Shown in pieces: positions 45,694-54,848 of a stretch of DNA of 61,983 nucleotides; positions within the stretch are counted from its first letter, which is position 1; the number at the start of each line of letters is the position of its first letter. The notes beneath the pieces are model-generated. The model was not told where the DNA came from. It ran no database searches and was given only the letters and a program-made list of their open reading frames with translations. The translations under genes and the position numbers were made by a program. The stretch is taken from IMG/VR virus record IMGVR_UViG_3300045004_000088, positions 192,001 through 253,983 of that record. One strand, written 5' to 3'. This stretch comes from a virus.

Positions 45694-47778
45694 ATGCCGC
45701 CGCTGATCAAAGTCGGGGACCAGCCGACGCTGGTTCCCACTTCCAAGTACCCATACGCCACGTTCCCGTTCGCGAACTTCAACCCGGTCCAATCCGCCGT
45801 CTTCGAGTTTTACGACAAGGACTGCAACGCGGTCATCGCCGCCGCGACCAGTGCCGGCAAGACGGTCGTCGGCGAGATGTTCGCGAACCACGAAATCCAA
45901 GTCCGCAAAGGTACGTTCATGTACCTTTGCCCGCTCCGCGCACTCGCCCAAGAGAAGATCGATGACTGGACCGATCCGAGCCACCCGTTCAGCAAGAAGA
46001 AAGTCTCGATCTGCACCGGCGACTACCGCCTGACCCCCGAACGGAAGAAGGAACTGGCGGAAGCCGATGTCATCATCATGACATCCGAGATGCTCAACCA
46101 CCGCTGCCGCAACTTCAACAGCGAGGGCAACGCCTTCCTGAAGAACATTGGCACCATCGTCATTGACGAGAGCCATCTGCTCACCGTTCCGGGTCGCGGC
46201 GACCACCTCGAAGTCGGCCTGATGAAGCTGACGAAGATGAACCCGAACTGCCGCATCATCATGCTCTCGGCGACCATGCCCAACGTGGACGAAATCGCCG
46301 AGTGGGTCAGTTACAGCCTCACCGGGCGGGAAACCTACGTTCTTGTTTCCAAGTACCGCCCCTGCCCGCTCACGACCCACTTCGAGAACTACGACGACAG
46401 CGGGGACTACTACGAGCAGAAGGAAGAGTCCAAGATCGCGCGGGCGATGGAGATCGTCAAATACTACCCCAACGACAAGTTCCTGATCTTCTGCCACACG
46501 AAACGAACCGGCGAAAACATGTCGGAAGAGTTGAAGAGTGCCGGCATCAAGAACGAGTTCCACAACGCGGACTTGGACAAGGAAAAGCGGATCTCGCTCG
46601 AAAAGCGGTTCAAGACCGACCCGGACCTGAAGGTCGTTGTCGCCACGTCCACGCTGGCGTGGGGCGTGAACCTGCCGAGCCGTCGCGTGATCGTCTTGGG
46701 CGTCCACCGTGGCATCCAAGAGGTGCCGACCTACGACATCTTCCAGATGATCGGTCGTGCCGGGCGTCCGGCTTACGACCCGGCCGGTGACGCCTACATC
46801 CTCGTTCCGCTTTCTCAAGGGGCCGCTTGGCGGGCCAAGCTCAAAGCACAGCAACGCATCGACAGTCAGCTTCTGGAGAACGTCGGCGGGGTTCACAAGA
46901 CGATGGCGTTCCACGTCGTGTCGGAGATCTTCCACGGCGGCATCACCAACATGGACGAGATGCGGAAGTGGTACGAGCGGACGCTCGCCCACTTCCAGAG
47001 CAACGAACTCGATGACGTGGTCGCGGACGGCGTGATCAAGTCGCTCAAGGACTGTTACGCCATCAACGTCGAAGACGACGAGTTCACCGTCTCGACCATC
47101 GGCAAGATCAGCAGCCTGTTCTACTTCAGCCCGTTCGACGTGAGCCACCTGAACAAGAACTTCGGCAAGATGTTCAAAAGCGGCCACGAAACCGACGACC
47201 TTCGTGTCGCGCTCGCTCTCGGTGACATCGACAGCAACCGCCTCGGCTTCATTAGTCGAGCCGAACGGGAAGAGATCAGTGCATTCGAGCGTCGTCTCTC
47301 GGCCATTCCCGACCTGTTCAAAGAGACAAAGGCGAAGGACGGCGAAGAGGGCAAAGAGAAGCAACGCACGCTCAAGGACGGGTGCGTCAAGGCCGCGTAC
47401 CTCTATTACAGCCTTTTGACCGGGAGTCCGACCAAGATGCTGGCCGGTGCTTTGCGGGGGCTGAAGTTCGACGCTCCCCGCGTACTTCAGGTCGTTCAGG
47501 CACTGGACGCTCTGGGTGGCAAGAAGTGGGGCAAGGGTGACTTCCTCAGCGGGCTGGAGAAACGTATCACCTACGGCGTGCCGCCGCATCTCGTCGGTCT
47601 GGTAGGGTTGCCGAACCTCGGAGCGGTTCGCGCGAACAATCTCTACAAGGCCGGCATCAAGACGATGGACGATCTCGCCGCCGCGAAGCCTGAAGACGTG
47701 GTCAAGATCACCAAGATGAGTCGCAAGATGGTTGACGAACTCATCGAAGGTGCCAGCGTCAAGTCGATGATGGAGTGA
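45694..47778 (+). CDS. Ski2/Hel308-like SF2 helicase
   Basis: Motifs AATSAGKT, DESH, SAT and QMIGRAGR; C-terminal HhH-like region. Confidence 0.85.
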   Translation: MPPLIKVGDQPTLVPTSKYPYATFPFANFNPVQSAVFEFYDKDCNAVIAAATSAGKTVVGEMFANHEIQVRKGTFMYLCPLRALAQEKIDDWTDPSHPFSKKKVSICTGDYRLTPERKKELAEADVIIMTSEMLNHRCRNFNSEGNAFLKNIGTIVIDESHLLTVPGRGDHLEVGLMKLTKMNPNCRIIMLSATMPNVDEIAEWVSYSLTGRETYVLVSKYRPCPLTTHFENYDDSGDYYEQKEESKIARAMEIVKYYPNDKFLIFCHTKRTGENMSEELKSAGIKNEFHNADLDKEKRISLEKRFKTDPDLKVVVATSTLAWGVNLPSRRVIVLGVHRGIQEVPTYDIFQMIGRAGRPAYDPAGDAYILVPLSQGAAWRAKLKAQQRIDSQLLENVGGVHKTMAFHVVSEIFHGGITNMDEMRKWYERTLAHFQSNELDDVVADGVIKSLKDCYAINVEDDEFTVSTIGKISSLFYFSPFDVSHLNKNFGKMFKSGHETDDLRVALALGDIDSNRLGFISRAEREEISAFERRLSAIPDLFKETKAKDGEEGKEKQRTLKDGCVKAAYLYYSLLTGSPTKMLAGALRGLKFDAPRVLQVVQALDALGGKKWGKGDFLSGLEKRITYGVPPHLVGLVGLPNLGAVRANNLYKAGIKTMDDLAAAKPEDVVKITKMSRKMVDELIEGASVKSMME

Positions 47779-49936
47779 CCCACGGCCAGCCCGCAAGTGT
47801 GATAACGTCCGACTGCGGGCAGCAGTGTGCGTCGTGTTCGCTCGGAAAGACCTCGCTGTTGAAGTTCCACTTCTCGGCGAGGTCTTTCCGCATGTAGGTG
47901 GCCTCGATTGTGTCGGGGGTCATAGTGTCCCCGATCCACCCGTAGCCGCCGCAGTTGTTCGGGTGCGCATGAACGAGCTTGAACCTGTTGTTGATTGTTT
48001 GCAGGTATCGAATTTTGTCGTTCATGTTCTTCTTGTTCATGATCCCGTGCAACTCGATCATGATCACCTCGAACCGCGACAGGATCTTCGGATCGGTAAT
48101 TCTCAGTGTCTCCCACTCTGAATTTTCGATGTCGATTTTCAACCACATCCGTTTGCCATTCGCCGTCTTCGAGTGATCCAGCATCGTCTGGATCGAGTGT
48201 CCATCGACACCGATCCCGATTGGGAAGAACTCCGCGCCGGCCGGGATTTCTTCGGGTATGGCCTTAGAGTCGAACATTTTGATTTTGGCCCGACTCAGTT
48301 TTGCGAACTCTTTCTCGAAGTCGGAGTTGTTCCCGATTCCGGCCGAGATCAGGTAATCGACGTTCTGGATGTCCAGATCAGGCACGACGTAGCCGCCGTC
48401 GTTCTTCGAGCCGATCCTCTTTTTTAGCACCGGGCATTCGTACACGACGAGTTCTTTCAGAAGTCTGTGGCCTCTGTTTTGTCCTTTACGCAGCATCGCT
48501 TGCATCCCGTGCGTGACCTGAACGGGAACTTCGGGGAGGATTTCGTTGACCGCACGTTTGACACCCGGACAGCGTCCCCAGTTGTAGTCGTCAAGGATGA
48601 CCACGCCGTTTTCTACCATCTTCGGCCAGACCCATAGAAGTGCGTCCCGCGTTGATTGGTAGGTGTCGAAATCCAAGTGCGCGAAGGAGAAGGTCAGGTT
48701 GTCGAGATCTTTTGCCGTGTCGGGGAACCGGCCCGGATGTATCGAGACTTTGCACCCTGCCAAGAATTCGGTGACTTCGCTGAGGTTGCTCGCGAATTCG
48801 CCCTGCTTGTGTCCGGCGGGTTCTTGGTCGTCTTCAGGAATGCCCATCTCGAACCCGTCGAACATGTAGAGCGTTTTATTCGGAGCCGCGTAGGAGATAA
48901 GTTTGGCTGTGCCGCCGCGATAACACCCGCATTCAACCATGTCCCCCGGCAAGTTAGCGGTAGCAATCACAGAGTCTTGAATTACTTTCAGTCGGCCGGG
49001 GTCAACGAGGCTGCGGTCAGCAGTAATTTCGGACGGCATTTCGGCTATGTCCAAGATTGCGCCGGCGGCATCGATTGCGGCCGTTTTGAGCATTGCCATG
49101 CACATGGGAATGTTGCTGTGGTATTGATCCACGACCGGCAATGCACATTTCCTGTCAGATTCGCCGCCCACGACGATGCTTTTCCAACACCCGTTGCTCT
49201 TGCAACACGGCAACAGCCCTTGTGTGCTGAGGCTGATTTGGGTCGGGTAGCCGATCCAACTGATCGGTTCCCTGCCGCCGATCATGCAGATGTACGGTTT
49301 GCTGAATCCGGCCATGAAGTGGCCCAACGCTGTTATGCCGCCGATTCCGAAAGTAGCTCCGTGGCACAGTCGTAGCAGTTCCCTGAGAGTTGTTTGGCCG
49401 ATGAGGTTGATCGTGTCGTGTAGGGGCGGGTGGTTGTCTTTGGCCGCGCCGACTTGTACGAACCTGATCCGGTCCTTGTAGGTGTCCACTACGGACTGGT
49501 ACAGTTCGGTGCCGGCCCATTTTGCGGGGTAATCGTCCTTGTACCCCGCGTTGATTATTGCGTATGGTCCGTATTCTCCTGTCTTCTCGTTGAAAACCGA
49601 GAAGGTCTTTTCGGCAGCAGACAGGTAGAAGTGCGGCCTCGAAACTTGGAGCCTGAGCGGTAGCCCCAGAATATCGCCTAGGTGGTCGCAAAAGGCCGAT
49701 CCGAAGTGAAACGGGATGTGTGACTCGTTAATGCGGTCGTACCGCATGTCGATGTATTCACACTCCGCAGCACTCATCGGAGTTACCCACGGGTTGTTCG
49801 CGAACAGTTCGTTGTGGTTGGTCTGCATGTTCGTTAAGAACTTGCCGGGGAACTGTCGGTGCAAGCTTTCCAGAGCCATCGTAACTATGGCTACGTCGCC
49901 CGGACACAGACCGTGATTCAACAACAACTTTCTCAT
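47759..49936 (-). CDS. three-domain fusion: GT9 heptosyltransferase-like glycosyltransferase, TylF-like SAM O-methyltransferase, and a C-terminal methyltransferase-like domain
   Basis: GT9 N-terminus GDVAIVTMALESLHRQFP and C-terminus GATFGIGGITALGHFMAGFSKPYICMIGG. TylF motifs DMVECGCYRGGTAKL and VILDDYNW. ATGA-coupled to the upstream Ser-rich gene. Confidence 0.65.
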   Translation of the reverse strand: MRKLLLNHGLCPGDVAIVTMALESLHRQFPGKFLTNMQTNHNELFANNPWVTPMSAAECEYIDMRYDRINESHIPFHFGSAFCDHLGDILGLPLRLQVSRPHFYLSAAEKTFSVFNEKTGEYGPYAIINAGYKDDYPAKWAGTELYQSVVDTYKDRIRFVQVGAAKDNHPPLHDTINLIGQTTLRELLRLCHGATFGIGGITALGHFMAGFSKPYICMIGGREPISWIGYPTQISLSTQGLLPCCKSNGCWKSIVVGGESDRKCALPVVDQYHSNIPMCMAMLKTAAIDAAGAILDIAEMPSEITADRSLVDPGRLKVIQDSVIATANLPGDMVECGCYRGGTAKLISYAAPNKTLYMFDGFEMGIPEDDQEPAGHKQGEFASNLSEVTEFLAGCKVSIHPGRFPDTAKDLDNLTFSFAHLDFDTYQSTRDALLWVWPKMVENGVVILDDYNWGRCPGVKRAVNEILPEVPVQVTHGMQAMLRKGQNRGHRLLKELVVYECPVLKKRIGSKNDGGYVVPDLDIQNVDYLISAGIGNNSDFEKEFAKLSRAKIKMFDSKAIPEEIPAGAEFFPIGIGVDGHSIQTMLDHSKTANGKRMWLKIDIENSEWETLRITDPKILSRFEVIMIELHGIMNKKNMNDKIRYLQTINNRFKLVHAHPNNCGGYGWIGDTMTPDTIEATYMRKDLAEKWNFNSEVFPSEHDAHCCPQSDVITLAGWPWVTPSST

Positions 49937-50601
49937 TTCTTGCACCCGCACGGCTTACTCAGCCGACCGATCATCCTTTTCTTCGGAGTGATTTTGCTTT
50001 GAAAACCTTGCATAGCTATGGCTTCTACGACGACACACGGGTTACACGGGACAATTGCTGTTTGGTTTTCTTCCGTACCGGAGAAGCCCGGTGGGTTGTT
50101 GCAGCAGCAACCTTCTGTACATGTGTTGTCGCGATTTTCCCAGAACCCTCCTAGCCATTCCCACACACACTCTCCAGTACAAGTGACAACACCGCTACTG
50201 CTGGTGGAGCTTGGACTCACGCTCGAAGACGGGCTGCTGCTTGGGCTGCTCGACGGACTCGAACTCGGACTGGAACTCGGACTCGAAGACGGGCTGCTGC
50301 TTGGGCTACTCGACGGACTCGAAGACGAGCTTGGGCTTTTTGAGCTTGACGCACTTGAACTGCTCGACGGACTCGAAGACGAGCTTGGGCTGCTTGAGCT
50401 TGACGCACTCGAACTGCTCGAAGGTGAAGAACTGCTCGAAGGTGAAGAACTGCTCGAACTCGAAGGTGAAGAGGACGAAGACGATGAAGAACTCGAACTC
50501 GAAGGTGAAGAGGACGAAGACGAGGACGAAGACGATGAAGACGACGATCCGCACGCCGCCAAAGCTTCTTCGTATGTTTTGTATGGACCAATGAGTGGCA
50601 T
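49933..50601 (-). CDS. Ser/Pro-rich repeat protein with C-terminal Cys-rich module
   Basis: About 140-residue poly-S/P tract, then CTGECVWEWLGGFWENRDNTCTEGCCC...; ATG with AAGGAAAAC RBS. Confidence 0.55.
   Translation of the reverse strand: MPLIGPYKTYEEALAACGSSSSSSSSSSSSSSPSSSSSSSSSSSSPSSSSSSSPSSSSSPSSSSSASSSSSPSSSSSPSSSSSASSSKSPSSSSSPSSSPSSSPSSSPSSSPSSSPSSSPSSSPSSSVSPSSTSSSGVVTCTGECVWEWLGGFWENRDNTCTEGCCCNNPPGFSGTEENQTAIVPCNPCVVVEAIAMQGFQSKITPKKRMIGRLSKPCGCKK
50200..50580. repeat. degenerate 15-36-bp tandem repeats encoding poly-Ser/Pro
   Basis: Repeated ctcgaagacgggctgctgcttgggct and gaactgctcgaaggtgaa units. Confidence 0.7.
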
Positions 50602-50867
50602 GTTTTCCTTTATGCGTTGTCTGTCTTGAAACACACGGTTGCGGCAACATCACCTTCAAACCGTCCCGGCGCGGGAGGGACCATACAGAAACATCCAACG
50701 GCCGGATTGAAACATGTGCTGCTGACATTTGACCAAGATCCGTCTCCCCAAACCCAGTTGCAAACGCCGGGGCATCCGCCACCACCACTACTCGAACTCG
50801 AAGAGGAAGAAGAACTGCTCGCACTTGAACTCGAAGAAGGACTACTCGAACTCGAAGGCGAACTACT

Positions 50868-51107
50868 CTAGCTACTTGACGAACTCGATCCACAGACGTA
50901 GGCGTTCTTCTCTGCGCAACTGTTGAAGTACACGACTGTGTTCGTTTCTTGGCAACAGTACCAGCCGACGCAGCAACAGTTACAGCACCGCGCCCAACAG
51001 GAATCCGCACCGCTCATAGCCATAGTGCTGTTCATTGCAGCTTTGGCTCGTGCGGCGCGTTGTACCCTTTTGCGTAGGAACTCGGTGGCAATGATCGTCT
51101 GTCGCAT
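50868..51107 (-). CDS. Cys-rich protein ending in a poly-Ser run at an in-frame TAG; the frame continues after the TAG (50612..50867) with Ser-rich and a second Cys-rich module
   Basis: MRQTIIATEF...CWARCCNCCCVGWYCCQ...VCGSSSSSS-TAG-SSSPSSSSS...CPGVCNWVWGDGSW...; RBS AAAAGG. Confidence 0.45.
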   Translation of the reverse strand: MRQTIIATEFLRKRVQRAARAKAAMNSTMAMSGADSCWARCCNCCCVGWYCCQETNTVVYFNSCAEKNAYVCGSSSSSS

Positions 51108-51385
51108 TATGCCTTTTCGCCGAAGAAATCTGCCGGGTACTCGATCCTGACGGTGCCGTTGCCCGAAGTCGGGTGGCCCTTGTCGTCTTCGACCCACCAG
51201 CGGACCTGTTTCACTTCGATTCCCAGTTGGTCCATGTGACACTTGTCGCCGGGGAACACCGGCATGTGGTACTCTTTGCCTTGAATCAGGCAGGCAACTT
51301 TGCACTGCCCCTTCTTCCGGTCGTAGAGCATGCAGTTGTTGCAGATCTTTTCGATCACCTTCAGTTCCTTCTTCTTGTCTTCCAT
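51107..51385 (-). CDS. zinc-ribbon protein (92 aa)
   Basis: CNNC...C..C; RBS AAAGGG. Confidence 0.5.
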   Translation of the reverse strand: MEDKKKELKVIEKICNNCMLYDRKKGQCKVACLIQGKEYHMPVFPGDKCHMDQLGIEVKQVRWWVEDDKGHPTSGNGTVRIEYPADFFGEKA

Positions 51386-51442
51386 TGCTACCCTTTCTTT
51401 TTCTTGTATAATCTGGTCATCTCTTTCTTTCGGGAGGTCGTC

Positions 51443-52075
51443 ATGAACCACATCGTCTTCTCCGGTCAATTGGCTAACGGCAAAGACCAGTGTGCCGACA
51501 TCGTGCAGGGCATCCTGAATTCGACGGACGGACAACCCGCGTGGCGTCGTTCGGCGTTCGCGGGTGCCGTCAAGGATATTTACGCTCACGCCTTCGGTGT
51601 TGACCGGGACTTCATCGAGAAACACAAGCGGTTGACGGACCCGCCGCCGGGCTACCTTCAAACCGTTCGGAAAGCCCTTCAGTTCATCGGCGATGGATTC
51701 CGCAACATCCGCGCCGACGTGTGGATCGAACTGGCCCTCCGCGACCCCTCACCCGTCATTATCAGCGACGGCCGCTACATCAATGAAGCGAGGGCGGCGA
51801 AAAAACGCGGCGGCGTCAACGTAGTCGTCTGGCGTCCGGGTTTCGAGAACGACGATCCGAACCGTTCCGAGTCGGAAATCCTCGTCATCGTCAATTGGTG
51901 TCTGAAAACCAATCAGAACGGCCCGATCAGATACGTCGAGGACACGGACGCGCCAGAAGCCATCAAAGAGGGCGTTTACGACTACTTCTTCCGCAACGAC
52001 GTGTCGCTCGAAGAACTCCCCGACAAGGTAAACAACGAACTTATTCCGTATCTGGTGAATAGATACAGAGGGTAA
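51443..52075 (+). CDS. deoxynucleoside monophosphate kinase (T4 gp1-like)
   Basis: P-loop FSGQLANGKD; GAVKDIYAHAFGV and VIISDGRYINEARAAKKRGGVNVVVWRPG align with T4 dNMP kinase; RBS GGGAGG. Confidence 0.7.
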   Translation: MNHIVFSGQLANGKDQCADIVQGILNSTDGQPAWRRSAFAGAVKDIYAHAFGVDRDFIEKHKRLTDPPPGYLQTVRKALQFIGDGFRNIRADVWIELALRDPSPVIISDGRYINEARAAKKRGGVNVVVWRPGFENDDPNRSESEILVIVNWCLKTNQNGPIRYVEDTDAPEAIKEGVYDYFFRNDVSLEELPDKVNNELIPYLVNRYRG

Positions 52076-52164
52076 GAGTTACCCGCTAAGGGGGAGTGTG
52101 AGCGAACACGTTATTCGCAAGGGCGACCAACACTTTGTTGAGAAGGGTTGGGGGGAGGATGGGT

Positions 52165-53139
52165 ATGCCAACTACTGATCCTCAAAAACGCCGATCATAC
52201 GAGAAAAAGTACGAACAGTCGCCCAAAGCCAAAGCGACTCGGAAAAAGTACAAAGCCACCGTCGAAGGAGTGGCGACAAGACGCAAAACGTATTTGAAGG
52301 CTTACCATAAGGCCAAGAAAGAAACAGACTATTACGTTTGCGGAGCCGGTCGCCTTAGTTCTCTGAGAACTTCTGCAAAAGAACGCGGCTTGGAATTCAG
52401 TCTTACGGTCGAGGAGCTTAGGAATTGGTGGCAGTCCTCGGAAGATGTCTGCGAATACTGTCGTATGACAGTAGATGATTTTCGTAAGTTCAGAGATTAC
52501 GTTCGGAGCTACGAAGGAAATGATTGGGATATTGTCTCCTTCAAAAGCTTGGTCGATAACAGAACTTGCGTTGATCAGTTGACTATCGACCGCATCGATA
52601 GTGGTTCTGGCTATTGTTTGGGGAATTTGGCAAAGTGCTGTTGGTTTTGCAACCTTGTGAAGCACCGTTTTTTGACGGCCAAGCACATGGCCCAAATCGC
52701 TCCTGACATTATTGCCAAACTCAAGTCGGCGATAGATAGGACTGAACAGAAAGTTACTTCTGATTCCGCTTGGAGTGGGCGACTGGGTTATTTCCAGCAG
52801 ACTTTTGTCAAGAAAGGTTGGGGTTCGGAGCGATGGCTTTGGAACAACGATCTGTACTGCGGCAAGTACCTCTGGTTCGAGAAGGACAAGTGTTGCAGTT
52901 GGCACTACCACGCGATCAAAGACGAAGTCCTGCTTCTGGATTCGGGATCGATCAAGGTCACATATTCCGAGCAGGACGACATCGGTTTGGCGAAGGAAGT
53001 CATTCTCAAGCCGGGCGATGCGTTTCACGTCCCGGTCGGCCTTAGACACAGGATGTTTGCCCTGGAAGACAGCGGCATCTACGAGTTTTCGACGCACCAC
53101 GAGGACTCAGATTCGATCCGCATCCAACGGGGAAATTGA
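52165..53139 (+). CDS. HNH endonuclease domain fused to a cupin domain
   Basis: N-terminus CEYCRM...IDRIDSGSGYCLGNLAKCCWFCNLVKH; C-terminus WHYH...KPGDAFHVPVGLRHRM; ATG after GGGGGGAGG. Confidence 0.55.
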   Translation: MPTTDPQKRRSYEKKYEQSPKAKATRKKYKATVEGVATRRKTYLKAYHKAKKETDYYVCGAGRLSSLRTSAKERGLEFSLTVEELRNWWQSSEDVCEYCRMTVDDFRKFRDYVRSYEGNDWDIVSFKSLVDNRTCVDQLTIDRIDSGSGYCLGNLAKCCWFCNLVKHRFLTAKHMAQIAPDIIAKLKSAIDRTEQKVTSDSAWSGRLGYFQQTFVKKGWGSERWLWNNDLYCGKYLWFEKDKCCSWHYHAIKDEVLLLDSGSIKVTYSEQDDIGLAKEVILKPGDAFHVPVGLRHRMFALEDSGIYEFSTHHEDSDSIRIQRGN

Positions 53140-53148
53140 GGAGGCTTT

Positions 53149-53400
53149 ATGCTCGTCGGTCTGAACATGGCGGCTTCTTCCGTCCACTTTGCCACGAAGG
53201 GCAAACGGTTCATCGGAGACATCGAGGTCTTGGACGAACAAGTCCTCCACCAGCAAGGCTCGTTCAAAAGGGTCAAAAGGTGGCTGAGAGGGAAACACCC
53301 ACAACTGGGCATACTCCACCTCGGCTACACCGGATGGGAAACCATACAGGAAGTTGACGTGATCTCGCCGATGGTTGTGTTTGAGGTCATCGACGCTTGA
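53149..53400 (+). CDS. hypothetical protein (83 aa)
   Basis: Strong RBS GAGGAGG before the ATG. Confidence 0.5.
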   Translation: MLVGLNMAASSVHFATKGKRFIGDIEVLDEQVLHQQGSFKRVKRWLRGKHPQLGILHLGYTGWETIQEVDVISPMVVFEVIDA

Positions 53401-53671
53401 AGTGACCCGCCTTCGGGTCGTAACTCCACAGATTGTTTTCTTCTTCTTTGATGCCGTTGGCTTTGGCGGTCTTCAGGACCAGTTCCTGAAGTTCCTTTTC
53501 AGCCGCGATCACGTCGTGTGCCAGCATCATTTGCTTGGCCGTAATGTGACCCAGTCTCAACTTCAGGTCATTGGCCTTTTTCTCGGCCGCGTTGATCTCG
53601 TCAACTACTCGCGGGTGGATCTCCACTGGCAGGTGGATGACTTTCGGCGGGAGGGGTTTCTTTTTGCTCAT
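53387..53671 (-). CDS. hypothetical coiled-coil protein (94 aa)
   Basis: Minus ORF; weak RBS. Confidence 0.35.
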   Translation of the reverse strand: MSKKKPLPPKVIHLPVEIHPRVVDEINAAEKKANDLKLRLGHITAKQMMLAHDVIAAEKELQELVLKTAKANGIKEEENNLWSYDPKAGHFKRR

Positions 53672-54338
53672 TCAATACATGAGTCCGCTTCTCGCGTTCT
53701 TGTTTCCCGATTTTATCCCGCAACTTGTCCAGACCGCGTTCTGTCAGCACCATGAACTTCCACTGCCGCGCCAGACAGTATTCGTTACACGCCGCCCATT
53801 TCGCCTTGTTTCGGCCGATCTCGGTCTGACTAGAGGGTTTGACCTCCCAGATCTCGACCGTGCCGTCCGTGAACGTGATACGGATGTCCGGGTAATAGTC
53901 GTGTTGCAGTCCGTGGAAGAAGTAGCGAACAGGGAACGGTTCCTCTTCGTATCTGTGGACGATGTCCCAGTGTTCGAGTAGTTCGTAGACTTCGCACTCC
54001 ATGCCGGATCGGTAGTGCATGTCTTTGCCGTTCTTGTTGCTGCTCATGTAGCCGTCGCGGAAGTGCGGCTTCTTGGTGTTCATCTTGCCTTCTTTGGTGG
54101 AGATGTCTTTCCACACCAAAGCGCGACTCATGCCCTTCTTCGGCATCTTGTCGTAGGGGTGTTTGGCCTTGAAGTGGGCCTTCAGGTCGCGCACCGGGGC
54201 TTTGCACCGCTCCAGCGGACACAAGACGTACTCGCGGCCCTCTTCGTGGTTCTGGACGATGTGTTCTTTGAACGCCTCGAACGTGTCGAGCCGCTCGCCG
54301 CAGACGTAGCACTGGTAGACTCGTTTGTCGTTGCTCAT
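53601..54338 (-). CDS. C2H2 zinc-finger protein with C-terminal PD-(D/E)XK-like nuclease fold
   Basis: YQCYVCGERLDTFEAFKEHIVQNH, CPLERCKAP...HFKAKH; DIRITFTDGTVEIWEVKP; ATG with AAAGAGG RBS. Confidence 0.45.
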   Translation of the reverse strand: MSNDKRVYQCYVCGERLDTFEAFKEHIVQNHEEGREYVLCPLERCKAPVRDLKAHFKAKHPYDKMPKKGMSRALVWKDISTKEGKMNTKKPHFRDGYMSSNKNGKDMHYRSGMECEVYELLEHWDIVHRYEEEPFPVRYFFHGLQHDYYPDIRITFTDGTVEIWEVKPSSQTEIGRNKAKWAACNEYCLARQWKFMVLTERGLDKLRDKIGKQEREKRTHVLNEQKETPPAESHPPASGDPPASS

Positions 54339-54763
54339 TTGCCTCTTTGCTTTTCGGATCGCAGCGGGCGGCGGTCGTCCTCTTGATCCGCATCGGACGA
54401 AACGATCATCACCGGCTTGGGCTTGGTTTTCTTGCCGTTCATCTTCTTGATCAACAGGGACTCGCACTTATCTTTGCTCACGATCTTCAGCCCCTTCAGG
54501 TCTTTCTTGGAGAAGAGGTTTTCGGTGATCTTGCCGGTGAGTGCGTCGTACAGGTTAATCGCGCCGAACCGGGCCTCTTTGAGATTCGCATCGTCCTTGT
54601 TCGGGTGTTTCATTCTCGCGAACGTGAGGCGACTCTCTTCCGAGCAGCCGTAGAGTTGATTGTCTTTGGTGAAGTACATGATGAGGTTCTGACCGTCCAG
54701 CATCATGTTGATCTTCGCGGATGAGTCCTCTTCGCGCATGCAGCAGTTGTCCCAGATGTCCAT
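54335..54763 (-). CDS. hypothetical protein (about 142 aa)
   Basis: Internal ATG; the upstream part of the listed ORF is antisense to the plus gene. Confidence 0.35.
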   Translation of the reverse strand: MDIWDNCCMREEDSSAKINMMLDGQNLIMYFTKDNQLYGCSEESRLTFARMKHPNKDDANLKEARFGAINLYDALTGKITENLFSKKDLKGLKIVSKDKCESLLIKKMNGKKTKPKPVMIVSSDADQEDDRRPLRSEKQRGK

Positions 54764-54848
54764 CAGGTGACGAAAGTCGGAAAAAGCGGGTGACTGTCTC
54801 AAAATTCCCTCGCGTTTATTGTTGCTTGCGACGTGTATAGATAGAGGT

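Noticed and set aside
45484-47796. 770-aa minus-strand ORF
   Set aside because: Antisense to the well-supported Ski2/Hel308-like helicase gene. Arg/Gly/Val-rich junk composition typical of GC-rich antisense frames. No motifs.
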